This document shows, in pieces, positions 34,656-48,234 of a stretch of 64,000 nucleotides of DNA. The stretch's first letter is position 1. Each line of letters begins with the position of its first letter. Made by a program: the position numbers and the translations under genes. This DNA is from Rozella allomycis CSF55 (Eukaryota): NCBI GenBank assembly GCA_000442015.1, contig KE561200.1, forward strand, positions 1-64,000. Direction: 5' to 3'. The notes beneath the pieces were generated by a model. That model had not been told where the DNA came from. It did not search any database and worked only from the letters and a program-made list of their open reading frames with translations.

Positions 34656-37600
34656 ATGGAAGTTGAACTTGACGAAGAAATTGTTATCCATGTAAAGCCA
34701 TTGCGCGAAATTGCCTGGAGAAAGTATTTTGTATCCATCGTCTCCATATTCTCCTTTGGCCTCTTATACTTGTGTTGCCGCTGGATGCCCAGAGTGTACG
34801 CCTATTTGCTGTGTAAAGAGTCATCGGTTTACGATGCAACGAAATGTCTGGTGATAGTAAAATTATGGAATGCATTTTAAAGAATAATCATGGGGAATCT
34901 AGCATTGTCGAAAAGAATGGGTCGAGTTTTACGTACCATTGCTACAAGGTTATTTTTAATGAAATGACTGGAGAGTTTCAGCCGATAAAGTATGGGATTT
35001 ATGATGTTTTTTAGAGGAAAATTATTCAGGAAATGAATTTTGGAGGCAATGGATTGGCGTGGAAGCAGATTGAGAGTTTGAAAGATGTTTATGAAGAGAA
35101 TGTTATTAAAGTGCCGATAAAATCGACTATTAGAATATTTATTGATGAAGTAAAATGAGGGGTNTCTTGGAGGTAATGGATTGGCGTGGAAGCAGATTGA
35201 GAGTTTGAAAGACGTTTATGAGGAAAATGTTATTAAAGTACCGATAAAATCGACTATTAGAATATTTATTGATGAAGTAAAAAAGGTGTTATGTTTTGAA
35301 AGGTGTTGCATCCATTTAATGTGTTTCAAATATTTAGTATAATATTGTGGAGTTTGGACAATTATTATTTGTATGCGGGCTGTGTATTGATAATTTCATT
35401 GATTTCTTCAATGATGGCATTATTTGAAACTAGAAGAGTAAAATGTTAATGTAGAGGTTATTAGAATTTGAGGGCTTTGAATAAATTGAACAATGAAGTT
35501 TGCTTGGTGGAATGTGTGAGAGATAATAAGAGTAAAAACACGTGTTGTTTCATAAAAGCATTTAAAATTTCATCAAATTTGTTATTTCCGGGGGATCTAT
35601 TTTTGATTCCTAATCAGAGAATTGAGATTCCTTGTGATTGTGTGTTGATTGAAGGAAATTGTCTAATCAATGAAAGTTCTTTGACGGGAGAAAGTATTCC
35701 CGTTTCAAAGCAAGGAAATCCACAAATAAATTTTAACAGAATAAATAAAAATTATCATCATCAACTTAATTCAAAATCTGTGATGTTTGGAGGTACCAGG
35801 GTGTTGAAGGCATCTTCAAATGCAAAGGCCGTTGTTCTTTCTACAGGTGATTAAATAATAAAATTAATGAAAGGATTTGAAACTGTTAAAGGGACATTGA
35901 TTAGATCAATGATTTATCCAAAACCACATGGATTCAAATTTTACAGGGATGCATTTAGATTTGTTGGGATTTTAGCTTTAATTGCAATGATTGGATTTTG
36001 TTTCTCTCTTTATTTCTTTATCATTAAAAAAGTAAACATTCATTAAAGTTGAAACAAAGGCAAATGCGTATTTGATTATTAAGAGAGCATTTGATTTGTT
36101 TACGATTGTTGTACCACCAGCGCTTCCATCAACGTTGCTTATTGGGACATCATTTGCTATATCTAGATTGAAGAAGAAAGAGATTTACTGCATTAGCCCT
36201 TCAAAGTAACAAATAATCAAAATCAATAAAGGATAAATATTGGTGGAAAGTTGAATTTATTCATATTTGACAAGACTGGAACATTGACTGAACCTGACAT
36301 GGATGTTTATGGGATTCTAATGAACCAAGAAGGGGAAAAGATATTTAAAGATTCAATGTCTCAGCCACAATCTATTTTTGGAATGTCGATGGCTTGTTGT
36401 CACAGTCTAAATTTAGATCAGAATAAAATAATTGGAGATCAATTGGAAGAAAAAATGTTTGAATTTTCTCAATGGAGATTTGATGGATCTACAAGGGTAT
36501 CGTATGGAAATAAAAAGATTGAAATTTTAAAGATTAATGACTTTAATTCTAATTTGAGAAGAATGTCTGTAGTTTGTAAATGTGAAGCTGAAGTTTATGG
36601 GTTTGTGAAGGGATCACCAGAAGAGATGATGAGAATTTGTAAAAATGTTCCAGATTGGTATGAAACAGAAATGAATAAATTTACCAGAAAAGGATTTAGA
36701 GTTTTATCTGTTGGATTTAAAAGATTAAAAGAAGAAAATTTGAATTCCAGAAATCAAATTGAAAAAGATTTGGAATTTTTAGGATTTCTAATTTTTGAAA
36801 ATAAAATAAAGAAAGAAACATTTAAAGTAATTTCTGAATTGAATAAAGCGTCTTGTAAGAATATAATTTGTACAGGGGATAATCTATTAACAGCTTGTTC
36901 AATTTCCAGACAATGTAAAATTATTCCACAAGAAGACACAATTTTCATTTCTAAAATATCAAATAATTTCATTGAATGGATTTCTCTAGATGATCCATCA
37001 ATCTCTTTAGATTTAAAAAATTTTTCTTCTTTCAAATCTAATTATACCCTGGCTTGTACTGGAAAAGTTTTTGATCTTCTTTCTAATTCTTCCCTCTTAG
37101 ATAAAGTAAATGAATTAAATAAAATTCAAAGGTTTTAATCAAATGCAAAATATTCGCTAGATTCTCTCCCGATCAAAAACAAAAATTAGTAGATCATTAC
37201 CAACAACTAGGGTATTACGTCAGTTTCTGTGGCGACGGTGCAAATGATTGTGGCGCACTAAGACAAGCTGACGTTGGAATTTCTCTTTCTAATTCAGAAG
37301 CTTGTGTTGCTGCTTCATTCACTAGCAAAATACCAAACATCAGTTGTGTTTTAGAGATTGTTAAACAAGGTAGAGCTGCACTTGTAACTTCATTCTCTTG
37401 CTTCAAATACATGGCNCTCTCTTTCTAATTCAGAAGCTTGTGTTGCAGCTTCATTCACTAGCAAAATACCAAACATTAGTTGTGTTTTAGAGATTGTAAA
37501 GCAAGGTAGAGCTGCACTTGTAACTTCATTCTCTTGCTTCAAATACATGGCTCTGTATTCTATAATTCAATTCACTTCAGTTATTCTACTGTACACTCAA

Positions 37601-38360
37601 ATGGCTTCACTCGCAGATCCACAATACCTCTACATTGACTTGTTCATTGTTTTCCCTCTAACTTTAACAATGGGTCGCTTCAATTCAAACACTAAAATCT
37701 CTAAAAAGAGGCCAACAGCGAATATTTTATCACCAAAAGTTCTTGTTTCCTTGATTGGTCACATTCTCATTCAAATCATATTTCAAATCTATACGTACTT
37801 TACTGTCATCCACCATCATTCTTTCACTCTAACTCCTATACTTGAAAATGATACAAATTCGTTTAATCTTTTAACTTCATCCATTTTCATCTTTACTATT
37901 TTTCAGGTAAATTTACAAAATACTTTTCCCGCCTAGTATGTCACTCTAGTTGATGTTTTCATTGTTGGCGCGCCATTCCAAGAAATCAAATTTAAGAAAC
38001 GTAAATGATATTCCTTTTCATACTGTAGCATTGTTCCTAATCACGTTCACAGTGCTTCTGGCTTGCAATGTTATTGTATCCCTCCAGCCAAGTACTTTCA
38101 TTTCCAACAGCTTGTATCTCGTTCAACTANTAGCTCCTGATTTGAGACTTTATATTCTCACTTTGACAATCATCTGCTCACTAATCTCAAAGTTGTGTGA
38201 AAAGTTTGTTTTCCCGGTTATTGCAAAAGTTATAAAGAATATTTCATCGTTTACTTTATTGGATGTCGAACAGGATCCATTGATTGATCATGAAAGTGAA
38301 TGGAGAGACAAGAAGAAGTACAAGAGGTTGGAGAAGTTGTTATCAAGTGGATTACGGTAG
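34656..38360 (+). CDS. YPK9: P5B-type ATPase (Ypk9/ATP13A2-like polyamine transporter)
   Basis: [54 protein letters not shown]. Confidence 0.93.
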
Positions 38361-38879
38361 CTATTACTAATAAATAATAATGTTAATTATAATCTTTTTA
38401 AATATTATTACCCTGATTTATAGTAATTGTANTTGATCATGAGAGGGAATGGAGAGACAAGAAGAAATACAAGAGGTTGGAGAAGTTGTTATCAAGTGGT
38501 TTACGGTAGCTATTACTAATAAATGATAATGTTAATATTAATTTTTTTCCATATTATTATAACATTGATTTATAGTAATTGTACTCTATAGTTCTCAATG
38601 TACTTTATATCTCTCAGTCATCACGGTTCACCCAATACCCGGTCTTGACTACCAGTTGTCAATTCATATGCCGTCAATGAATTTGAAATCATCGTCAATA
38701 CCTACCTTCTGTGATGATACTGATATATCTTCACTATCTCTTTGTACCATTTTCGATCGCTACGATCATTCAAAGTCATTCGTGTTCGCTATAGGTAAAC
38801 AAGTGTCATTACAAAACGCTCCTTCCAACCTCATATTCAAACCAAGTCTTTTAGCCATTATTTCCTTTCTAATAAATCA

Positions 38880-41800
38880 ATGGCAAGTCCCGTCTGTCAA
38901 CCTGTACACTATCACCGGGAAACACATAAAATCAACAAGCGCCTTTAAATCTTTGAGTGTAGCTTATGCAGACACTAAAGACACAGTTCAACTGGAAATA
39001 AACACACCGGATGCTCCTCGCACTGTTCCTATAGTCGGTACCTCGCATAATTAACGTAACATAGGAAATCTTCCTCAAATCTTGCCGTATCCAATGGCCG
39101 CCTTTCGCGAAATAACTGAAAGCTACGGCCCAATGATTCCCATAATGGTGCTAGCCGAACGTGCGTGGATAATTGACGATCCAAGACTCTTGGACGAGCT
39201 GACAGCTAAACCAGAAACATTCGGAAAACTGTGCAATAAAGGCATCATGAGCGAGTTGCGCAAGATTGGCGGCGACGGCCTCTTCACTTCCGCTGACCAT
39301 GAAGAGAATTGGGGTATGGCGCACAGAATATTAATACCCGCCTTTTCGCAGAAAGCGTTGAGAGTGTACATTCCAGAGATGTGTCGGCAAGCGAAAAAGC
39401 TGCTGGATGCGCTGTGCAAGGGGTCCAGCCAGACGGATGTGGATGTGCCGAAATGGATGACGAAAATTACTATTGAGACCATATCAATGTGCGGATTCAG
39501 CTATGCGTTTCATGGGCTCGACAAGGAAGAAGACGATCCGTTTGTGAAGGCGATGGGATACTGTTTGGAAGAAGTTCAGCTGAATTCTATGAGGACAAAG
39601 ATAGGACAGTTTATTAATCGAAAGAGGCAAGAACAGTTCGACCATAGTATGAAGTATGTTGAGAGTGTGGTGAAGAATGTTATCGAGGAAAGACGAAAAT
39701 CGGGTGTAAAGGTGGATCCGAATCAGCCTAGAGACTTTCTGGATATCATGTTGTCGGTAGCCGATCCGGAAACAGGGAAAATGCTGCCAGACGAAAATCT
39801 GATACATAATTGCATNTGCTGCCAGACGAAAATCTTATACATAATTGCATTACTTTTCTTGTCGCTGGGCATGAAACCACAGCGTCAATGCTTTCTTGGA
39901 CCCTCTACTTAGTCGCGACACACCCAGAAGTGAATGAGAGAATATGCTATGAAATAGATACAGTTTGCGGCGATGCCTTTAAGGAAGGGCGAATGTTGAA
40001 TGAATCGGAAATTGGAAAATTAACGTAAGTCATACACTCAAAATCTATAGATATACTTTACAAAGTGATAAAGGAAGGCTTACGTATGTATCCATCAGCT
40101 GGTGCCTATGCTAAAGATGTTTTGAAAGACGACAGCTTGGGTGGAGTACCTGTCAAAGAAAATGACTTTGTTGCAGTAAGTGTTTACGCTATGCATTTCA
40201 ACACAACATACTGGGGAGATGATGCTGAAAAGTTTAATCCTGACAGATTTAATCCTGAAGAAGAGGCTAAAAGACATCCAAGTGCCTATTCCCCATTTGG
40301 TTCTGGACCTAGAGCTTGTTTAGGCGCTCAATTCGCGCTGTTGGAGGCCAGGATAATCTTGGCTTATATATACTATCACCTGCATGTATCCGCAAGTCCT
40401 AACGCAGTCCCTCGTTTGATTCAAAAGACAGCATTCAAACCAGAAAGGCTTTACCTTCGTTTTAAGAAAAGAACAACTCCGAATATACGAAACGCCTCAC
40501 CGTTTACTGCCCCTAGTAGAACATCAACGCCCGTCACTAGAGAAAGAAGTGAAGTTGTGCTTACAAATGGAACACCTGATGACCAAATAGTATCATTGGC
40601 GTCTGTGTCAGGGGGCATGCCAGTTGTCAACATATTATATGGAAGCAACATGGGAACTTGTGAAGAAATGGCATCAAATTTCGCCAATCATTTGAGAAAA
40701 TCCGGCGCGAATGTTGAGGTACGCAGTCTTGACAATTGGAACGATCTTGAAGATACAAAACTGGCTATTATAATTACCAGTACATACAATGGCTTACCTC
40801 CAGATAATGCAAAGAAATTTGACCAAAATATAAAGAATTTATTATTGAAATCAGAATCGAAAATGAAGAAACTCAGGTAAATACTTGTCCAATGTTTCTT
40901 ATAGATTTGCGGTATATGGAGTAGGGAATACTCAGTGGAGAACATTCCAGGCATTTCCAAAGTATGTAGATAAGTCGCTTTATTCGCTTGGAGGAATAAG
41001 AATTATGCCAAAGGGAGAAGGAAACGTTGATGATGGATGTGACATTGAAAAGCATTTCAGCGATTGGCAAGAAGAATTCTGGAAAACTGTAAAAACAATC
41101 TATAATTTTGTTCCATCCAAAACACCCATAGAGGAATTGATGGGTGAGCAAGTGAACATCATGCCTTTAACCCAAGATCAACTGAATGGATTAGAAATAA
41201 TGAATCCATGCCCCCTTTCTTCTGCGAAATTGCATAAAATTGAAAAGATTAAGGAACTTCAATCCAAGGAATCTTCTTTTAGAACACTTCATGTTGAACT
41301 CGCACTGCAGCAAAATCAAAAATATTCAACAGGTGATCATTTTGGAATTGTGGCACCAAATTCGAAAAAGGATGTTTTACTAGTCCTGAATAATTTGATT
41401 CTTCCGGAATCTATTCATGCGTAAGAATATCAATTGAATAATATTAGTGATTCCCCTATTTTGATTCATGCTATTGAAGGCCAGACATTAACCAACAAGA
41501 ATTGGAATATTATCCCGTTGAACAAACCAATAACTGCAAGAATGATTTTATCAAATATTTGTGACCTAAAGGCCATTCCTAGCAGGCAAATCATTTCGGA
41601 TCTCTGTAAGTATACTGATTGTCCACCTGAAAAAATGGAACTACAAAAGCTTGCTGATATTGATTACAATTCTAAAGTTGCTAGTGTTCGTCTTCCATTA
41701 ATTGAAGTCTTCAGAAGATTCGCGTCCGTAAAAATCCCCTTGATTTCATTTCTTTCAATTTCTCCAATAATTCAGCCGCGACTTTACTCAATTTCCTCTT

Positions 41801-42447
41801 CACCATCAATGTTTCCTAATACAGCTCATTTGACGATATCTATTTTACAACGACCAGAGGCGATGTATGACAAAAATCAGACATTTACAGGATTTGTGAG
41901 TAACTATATTTCAAATATTGAAGAAAACAATTACATTTTCGGCTTTCCAAAACCCCATGGCTCCAATTTCCATCTTCCGGAAGACAATGAAACACCAATA
42001 ATAATGATTGGTGCTGGGACAGGTCTTGCACCTTTTCGCGCGTTTTTACAAGAAAGGCATGTAAAATTAAGAAATGGAGAGAAGTTGGCCCAAGCACTAC
42101 TAATATTTGGCTGTCGCAATCCTAATCATGATGAACTTTACGCCGAGGAAATTAACGAATATCTTAGTTCTGGAGCTTTAACTGCAAAATATGTAGCCTA
42201 TTCAAGAGTTGAGAATAATAAGATGTATGTACAAGATCGTATAAAACAGTCGGATTGCAAAGATATGATCTGGAGTTTGTTTCACGAACAATCAGGAAAG
42301 GTTTATGTTTGTGGTGATGGCGCGGGAATGGCGAAAGGCGTTATCCAAACATTCAAAGACATTGCTAGTGAATTCGGCTTTGATGGAGAAGAGTATTTGA
42401 GAAACGCATTGAAAGAATTAAGATACCTCGAAGATGTGTGGGCTTAA
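38880..42447 (+). CDS. Self-sufficient cytochrome P450-NADPH reductase fusion (CYP102/CYP505 type); start uncertain
   Basis: GDGLFTS, FLVAGHETT, EGLR, FNPDRF, heme motif FGSGPRACLG; FMN LYGSNMGTCE and STYNG; FAD RLYSISSS; GAGTGLAPF; YVCGDG; ends DVWA. Confidence 0.95.
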
Positions 42448-42645
42448 TAAAGAAAACTTGGATTCCTTAATATTTTTGACTTTATATCATTAATTGAATT
42501 GATTAGACGGTAATTGAGAATTCTTGTTAACATACAGAGTGAGAGATCAATAATAAATATATTCAAATACGAAATCAATTTAACTAAGTAAAGAAAATCG
42601 AATGGTTTAGTAACAATGTGATCTTAGAATTTTCGTATTTTTAAC

Positions 42646-43887
42646 ATGAGCAAAAAAGCTCTTAGCCAAGATGATTTTAGGAAAATTTTAGCTACACCAA
42701 GAAACAGCGACGCATCAGAATTCACAGAAATGCCTGTAAAGTATCAAGCTCCAGGTAGTCAAACTCCAAGAATATCCATGATGCCCTATGAGAAGAAGTT
42801 AAAGAAAAAAGGAGAAGAATTTAAGAAAACCGTTAATCCCGCTGTTATATTTAAAAAGAGCCAAACTGGATACGAATTTAGAGATAGGGCGTTGGAAAGA
42901 AGGTTGGATTTACAGCAGGAGGTTGATTTTGAAACATTTAAGAAACAATTTGAAGAAACTTTGAATAACAAAGCAGAAGACAAACCTGAAAAGGTCACAA
43001 GTAAATCGAATGAAATAGAATTAATGGAAAAGTCAGCATCAGAAGACGGATTTAAGTTCCAACACAGTCACTTGGAGACTTTGGATGAAAAGCCTGATAT
43101 AGTTAATGCTGTTGAAAAATACTTGCGTTTCAAGCCAAAGCCAAAATTGGATTCAAATTTGACTACGTTTGTCTTTGATTTAAGCTCTCCAATTCTTTTA
43201 CCGCCAATTAAAAGTTTAAAGCCTAAAAATTCAAATAAAAAGAAGGCAGATCCAGATGTAGTCCGATTAATTTATAACAAAATCGAATCTGTTTTTACGA
43301 ATCATCGATTAGAAATGTTGAGTAAACCAGTGCAAAAGCCTGAAAACAAAAAGGAAAAGACAATTGAAGAAAATGTAGACCAATATGACCCAGATGAAGA
43401 TATTTTTGCGGATGCCGGGGATTATAAGGTCGAATATAAAGCCAGAGAAACAGACATTGGAAATGCAAAATCAAGGACTGAAAAACTTTTTTCCGATATG
43501 GAGAAAGAATTAAATGAGCAAGAAGAGGTCAATATTTCAGGTGAAACGAGCGAACATCAGACTCTGGATAAACCAGAATTGAAACCTGCAATTGCGAAAA
43601 TTCCGACATCGACATCAAAGTCGAAGATTTTACCTGATAGTGATTTTGTTGATCTAGACATTGATAACAATGAAAATATAGTTTATACAGAAGAAATAAT
43701 TGATAGCGATGAAGATGTTGAGGTCTCTTTTGAGAAACCAAGTATTTTACAACAAGCCTCTGATTCAAAACACAAAAGGAAAGGGAAAGATTATTCAAAA
43801 TCTTCAAATAAAAAACTGAAGACTAAAAAGGAATTCGATCAAGTGGTTGGGATTTTGGAATCTAAATATCAAACAAAGTTGAAATAA
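42646..43887 (+). CDS. RED/IK-like spliceosomal protein
   Basis: LSQDDFRKILATPR, FRDRALERR, DIFADAGDY; C-terminal KKEFDQVVGIL. Confidence 0.75.
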   Translation: MSKKALSQDDFRKILATPRNSDASEFTEMPVKYQAPGSQTPRISMMPYEKKLKKKGEEFKKTVNPAVIFKKSQTGYEFRDRALERRLDLQQEVDFETFKKQFEETLNNKAEDKPEKVTSKSNEIELMEKSASEDGFKFQHSHLETLDEKPDIVNAVEKYLRFKPKPKLDSNLTTFVFDLSSPILLPPIKSLKPKNSNKKKADPDVVRLIYNKIESVFTNHRLEMLSKPVQKPENKKEKTIEENVDQYDPDEDIFADAGDYKVEYKARETDIGNAKSRTEKLFSDMEKELNEQEEVNISGETSEHQTLDKPELKPAIAKIPTSTSKSKILPDSDFVDLDIDNNENIVYTEEIIDSDEDVEVSFEKPSILQQASDSKHKRKGKDYSKSSNKKLKTKKEFDQVVGILESKYQTKLK

Positions 43888-43889
43888 AC

Positions 43890-44923
43890 TTAACACTCTT
43901 TTATTAGTAGTTCTTTTTTTCTATTCATGTGATCCAAAAGTAAGTCAATTGATTCTTTCGGGATGTTCAAATGGAAAACGAATCTTACAATTCCTTTATG
44001 TGCTTGTGGCAAGATTACTTGTTTTGAAGACATTTCGTTAGCGAATTCATTCCAATTTCCTTCATGGACATTTAAAAAGACCTAAAAATGAAGGATTTTA
44101 ACCGCAAGTACCATATTGGTCTCTGTAGGTAATGCAAATGTAAATTTCAATTCATGGCAGTTATCATAGAAATATTTTGCCTTTAAATGGTCATTTTTGA
44201 TTTCAGATGGAAAATTATGATCCAAAGAGTACAAACAACAAGCGGCTAAATACCCCGCCTGTCTCCACCCTCCACCAAACAGCTTTCGAAAATGGCGGGC
44301 TTTTTTGATGAACTCTTTTTTCCCAACCAACACTGAGCCTATTGGAGCTCCCATTCCTTTAATCATAAAAGTATCAAAATACCTTTTGAAAAACAAATTG
44401 AAATCTATTTGTTTAATCTTTTAGTTTTACTGAATCAAAGAATGACCCGTACTCTTCCATTGTGATTCCACTTTGAACGGATGCATTCCAAAGCCTTGCG
44501 CCATCTAGATGCATTTTTACCCCAAAATCACGTGAAACAGCATGGACTTCCTTGATCAAATTTTTAGGATATATCAACCCATTTAATGTATTTTCTAATG
44601 CAATTAAATTCGTTCTTGTCATATGTATATCAGAATCAACATCCACATTTATGTTATCCAAAATATCTTCCTTTGTTAAAAAGTATCCTTTCTTGGGTGA
44701 TANTGAATCGAGGATTAAAGATTCCAACGGGCTCAAATGGGTTCTTATTGCTATTTGGTTGCTCATTGTTCCGGTAACGCAAAATAATGCCGCTTCTTTA
44801 CGAAAAAGCGCAGCCATTTTTTGCTCTAATAAATTCACTGTTTCATCTTCCTATAACAGAAAACAGAGGGGTGTACTTGATACACATCATCACCAACAAT
44901 GGCACNGGCGATTTTGCGACCAT
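43890..44923 (-). CDS. GLY1: Low-specificity L-threonine aldolase (sequence apparently missing at N44703 and N44906)
   Basis: VGDDVY, EAALFCVTGTMSNQIAI, LENTLNG, MHLDGARLWNA, KGMGAPIGS, RKLFGGGWRQAG. Confidence 0.93.
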
Positions 44924-44995
44924 TAGTGTAGAGATACTTTTTAAATGTTTGAAATTGAAATGGCCAATTCATAAGAACTTGCAACGCCACAATAC

Positions 44996-46241
44996 ATGAA
45001 TGCTCCTCCTCCACCCCCTCCGATGGGAGGACTTCCAATATCTTCTAATCCACCTCCAGCTACAAAATCCAGAAATGATTTACTAAAAAGCATTGAAAAA
45101 GGTTCAAAACTTAAGAAAACTGTTACAAATGATAGATCATCACCTCTAATTGCAGGTAATAATCATTTTACTATATAAAAGCTTCCAAGGATCCAGAAAA
45201 ACTGAAATCTTCTTCTTCAGCCTCGACTGCTACACCCAGCGGTGGTTTAGGTGGATTATTTGCGGGTGGAATACCAAAGCTTAAGCCATCTGGCTCCAGT
45301 AATTCTATTTTCGACTATTTAGAAGATACTCAATTGTCAAAATCGCCTTCAGCTCCCATTGTAAAATCCGAAACGCCGGCTATAGCCAAAAGAACACCTC
45401 CTCCTTTAATGCCACGAACTCTTAGCAATGAAGGCTTATCGAATACTGAAAACGATAAATTCACTAGAAAGCCACCTTCGCCTCCTGTAGTGCCTCGTAG
45501 ATCTGATGAGGTAAAAACAACCAATAGACCTCCACCACCTCCACCGCCTTCAAGGAATAGAGATAAAGACACGGAACTTAAAAAAGACATTGATTCTCCA
45601 AGAACTTTTTCCAGGCCGCCTGTACCACCGCCGCAAAGAAGAACGGAAACAACCAAGGAAGTTGAATCACCAATACTAAGCACACACCAACCTTTGCAAA
45701 AGACTATTATCGCAGAAACAATTCCTCAAAGACAACCACCGCCAATCAATCCTCGAAATGAAACAGCAACAAGGCCTCCGCCTCCGCCACCACCAGCCAG
45801 AAGGGAGCAACAGTCAGTTACGAACACAAATCAAAATGTAACTATTTAAGTGTTTCATTTATAGCCTCTTAGCGTAGAACAGCGTCTTGCGGCATTTACA
45901 TTTAATAGTGATTTGCCAACTCCGAGGCAGTTTATTCCTTTCAAAAAGTCGTATAAAAACAAATTATCCGAGCCGATGGAAATTACAGGCAACGGCTCTG
46001 TCAAAGTAGATGAAACTGCTTTTGTATTTTATTCTCAATTGCTAGAAACAACGCTTAAAGGTGCTGTACAAAGACAGGACTTTGAGACATGCATTTCTCT
46101 TAGACAAGCAAACAAGGTATAATCATACGTTAATTAAGAAAATAGGAATTGGAAGATTTGAAGCAAAAACAGGTTCAAGGAACTCCAATTGATAACGAAT
46201 GGAAATCTCTAAAACTACGAATAGACACACTAGTAAAATAA
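44996..46241 (+). CDS. VRP1: Verprolin/WIP family actin regulator
   Basis: N-terminal polyproline, WH2 RNDLLKSIEKGSKLKKTVTNDRSSP, GLGGLFAGGIPKLK, Pro-rich middle, WASP-binding FTFNSDLPTPRQF..KKSY. Confidence 0.9.
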
Positions 46242-46254
46242 AGTAATTTTGAAA

Positions 46255-46746
46255 CTATTTTATTGTAAACTTTAAAATTGCACTGGATAAAGTTCCCATT
46301 ATGCTTTTTGAATAGTTTTGATAGATTGACCAATTCAGCACGGGAAATGGATTACTTTCCCAAACGTCATGGTGCTTCACAATTTGAAGGTTTGGTTTGG
46401 CTAGAGTAATCTTTGTTGTCACATTCATATCGAAAGGACGTTTGATAAACCATGAATCTGGATACCCAAAGTAGATTTGACGGTTTTTGATACTTAATTC
46501 TAGACTAGTTTCAGACTCTTCAATTTTTGTATCTTGAACTTGAAATTCAATTTTGGAAAATATTTTAAAGAGACTTTTAAACTGGATTTTAATGTTATCA
46601 ATTCCTTGCACTTTCATAAGATTGTCTTCAAAGGAAGCGTCTGGTGCATATAATTCCGAAATAGACCTCTCCTGTATTTCATTTTCCTTGCAACAATAAA
46701 CTATTTCCAATTTCTTCAATATATTATCAACATTTTTCCCTGACAT
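46255..46746 (-). CDS. NTF2/SnoaL-like fold protein
   Basis: ELYAPDASFEDNLMKVQGIDNIKIQF ... IVKHHDVW. Confidence 0.75.
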   Translation of the reverse strand: MSGKNVDNILKKLEIVYCCKENEIQERSISELYAPDASFEDNLMKVQGIDNIKIQFKSLFKIFSKIEFQVQDTKIEESETSLELSIKNRQIYFGYPDSWFIKRPFDMNVTTKITLAKPNLQIVKHHDVWESNPFPVLNWSIYQNYSKSIMGTLSSAILKFTIK

Positions 46747-46767
46747 GTTAAATGGCGCGGAATAATT

Positions 46768-46777
46768 ATGACGTCAT
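46768..46777. promoter_or_regulatory. Perfect ATF/CREB palindrome ATGACGTCAT upstream of the NTF2-like gene
   Basis: 10-bp palindrome about 20 nt upstream of ATG 46746. Confidence 0.4.
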
Positions 46778-46848
46778 CGCTCACCAAAAAATAGTCACAA
46801 AAAATCAATCACAATCACAAAAAATAATAAAGCAGAAACATATTTTTA

Positions 46849-48234
46849 TTAAACATCCAAAAGAAATCGTCTTGGATCTTCAATTAGTTGTTTGACTTTA
46901 ACAAGGAATGTGACGGCTTCTCTTCCATCAATTATTCTGTGATCATACGTCAAAGCTACATACATCATAGGCCTTATTTCAATCTTTTTACAAATAAAGT
47001 AATAACTCTACCTTTCCATTGACAACAACAGCCCGCTCCTTTATGGAATGCATCCCTAATATCCCTGCTTGAGGGGGATTGATTATTGGAGTTCCCATCA
47101 AAGAACCGTAAATACCTCCATTGGAGATTGTAAAGGTCCCTCCGCTTAGGTCTTCCATAGCTATTTGGTTTACTCTTGCTTTATCACCTAATTCTGTCAG
47201 TGTCTTTTCAATGGAAGCGAAGCCCATTTGATGGACATTTCTAATGACAGGGGTCACTAATCCCTCAAATTCAATATTCTATTTTGGTACTTTTGGTGTG
47301 GCGACGGCAACGCTAATATCAACATAATTATGGTAAACTAAATCACCGCCATCAATCTTGGCGTTAACAGCGGGAATCTCTTGGAGAGCTATCGCACTGG
47401 CTTTGATAAAGGCTGACATGAACCCGAGTTTGGCCGAATGTTTCTTTTGAAAGTCATCTTTATATAAAGATCTCATTTCCATCAAATTTCTAAATTCTAC
47501 CCACCATTTCATTTTACGTCATATCAATCTCATTAAAAGTCGTCAAAGAAGCTGCCGTGTTTTGCGATTCTTTCAATCTTTCAGCTATGCGAAGCCTCAT
47601 GCGACTCAATTTCACCTGTAGTTTAATTACCCATATCTAAATACTCTAGTTTCAGATCTCTCACCAAAATTGATTTTTGGCTCCTGTTTTGTGTCTGGGA
47701 CAACTTTGGTGGCAGCAGGTTGCGGCTTTGAGGGTGTCGGGGTTACTACTTGAGAAGCCTCGGCTTTCGTTTCGACAGTCTTTTTTTCATTGGTTTCACT
47801 GGGCTTGGTGTCTACTGCCTTGGGTTTTGCCGATTCACTTTTCCCTTCTCCGACAGCTAGCTTAAATAAATCTTGTCCCACTTCAACTGTATCTCCTTCA
47901 TTCGCAAATGTTTCCACAATAGTCCCACTTTCAGGTGCATTTACGGGCAATCCAATCTTGTCAGTTTCAATTTGTGCAACAGGTTCATCTTGAGCAACAT
48001 ATTCTCCCTTTTCTAGGTTTAAATATTAATAAATTTATACTTTTTTCCCATGAAGCTAATGTTCCTTGGTTAATGGAGTCGGCAAGAAAAGGAACCTTGA
48101 TAATGACTTCATTTGCAGCTAAAAAATGGCATGTAACTCTTACAATATAATCGGCTAAAGCATTGGTTACATGAACGGGATAATATGTAACGAGAGGAAC
48201 TTATTAAGATCTTTCTGTGAATACTGAGAAACAT
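46849..48234 (-). CDS. KGD2: Dihydrolipoamide succinyltransferase (2-oxoglutarate dehydrogenase E2)
   Basis: Lipoyl [62 protein letters not shown]. Confidence 0.96.

Noticed and set aside
38656..38880. Long N-terminal extension of the P450 from the TTG-start ORF
   Set aside because: No P450 or anchor similarity; probably promoter or UTR, and the true start is unresolved.
35164..39850. Duplications or frameshifts in the P5B ATPase and P450 at N35164, N37416, N38432 and N39816
   Set aside because: All sit on N joins, so they are treated as artefacts rather than pseudogenisation.
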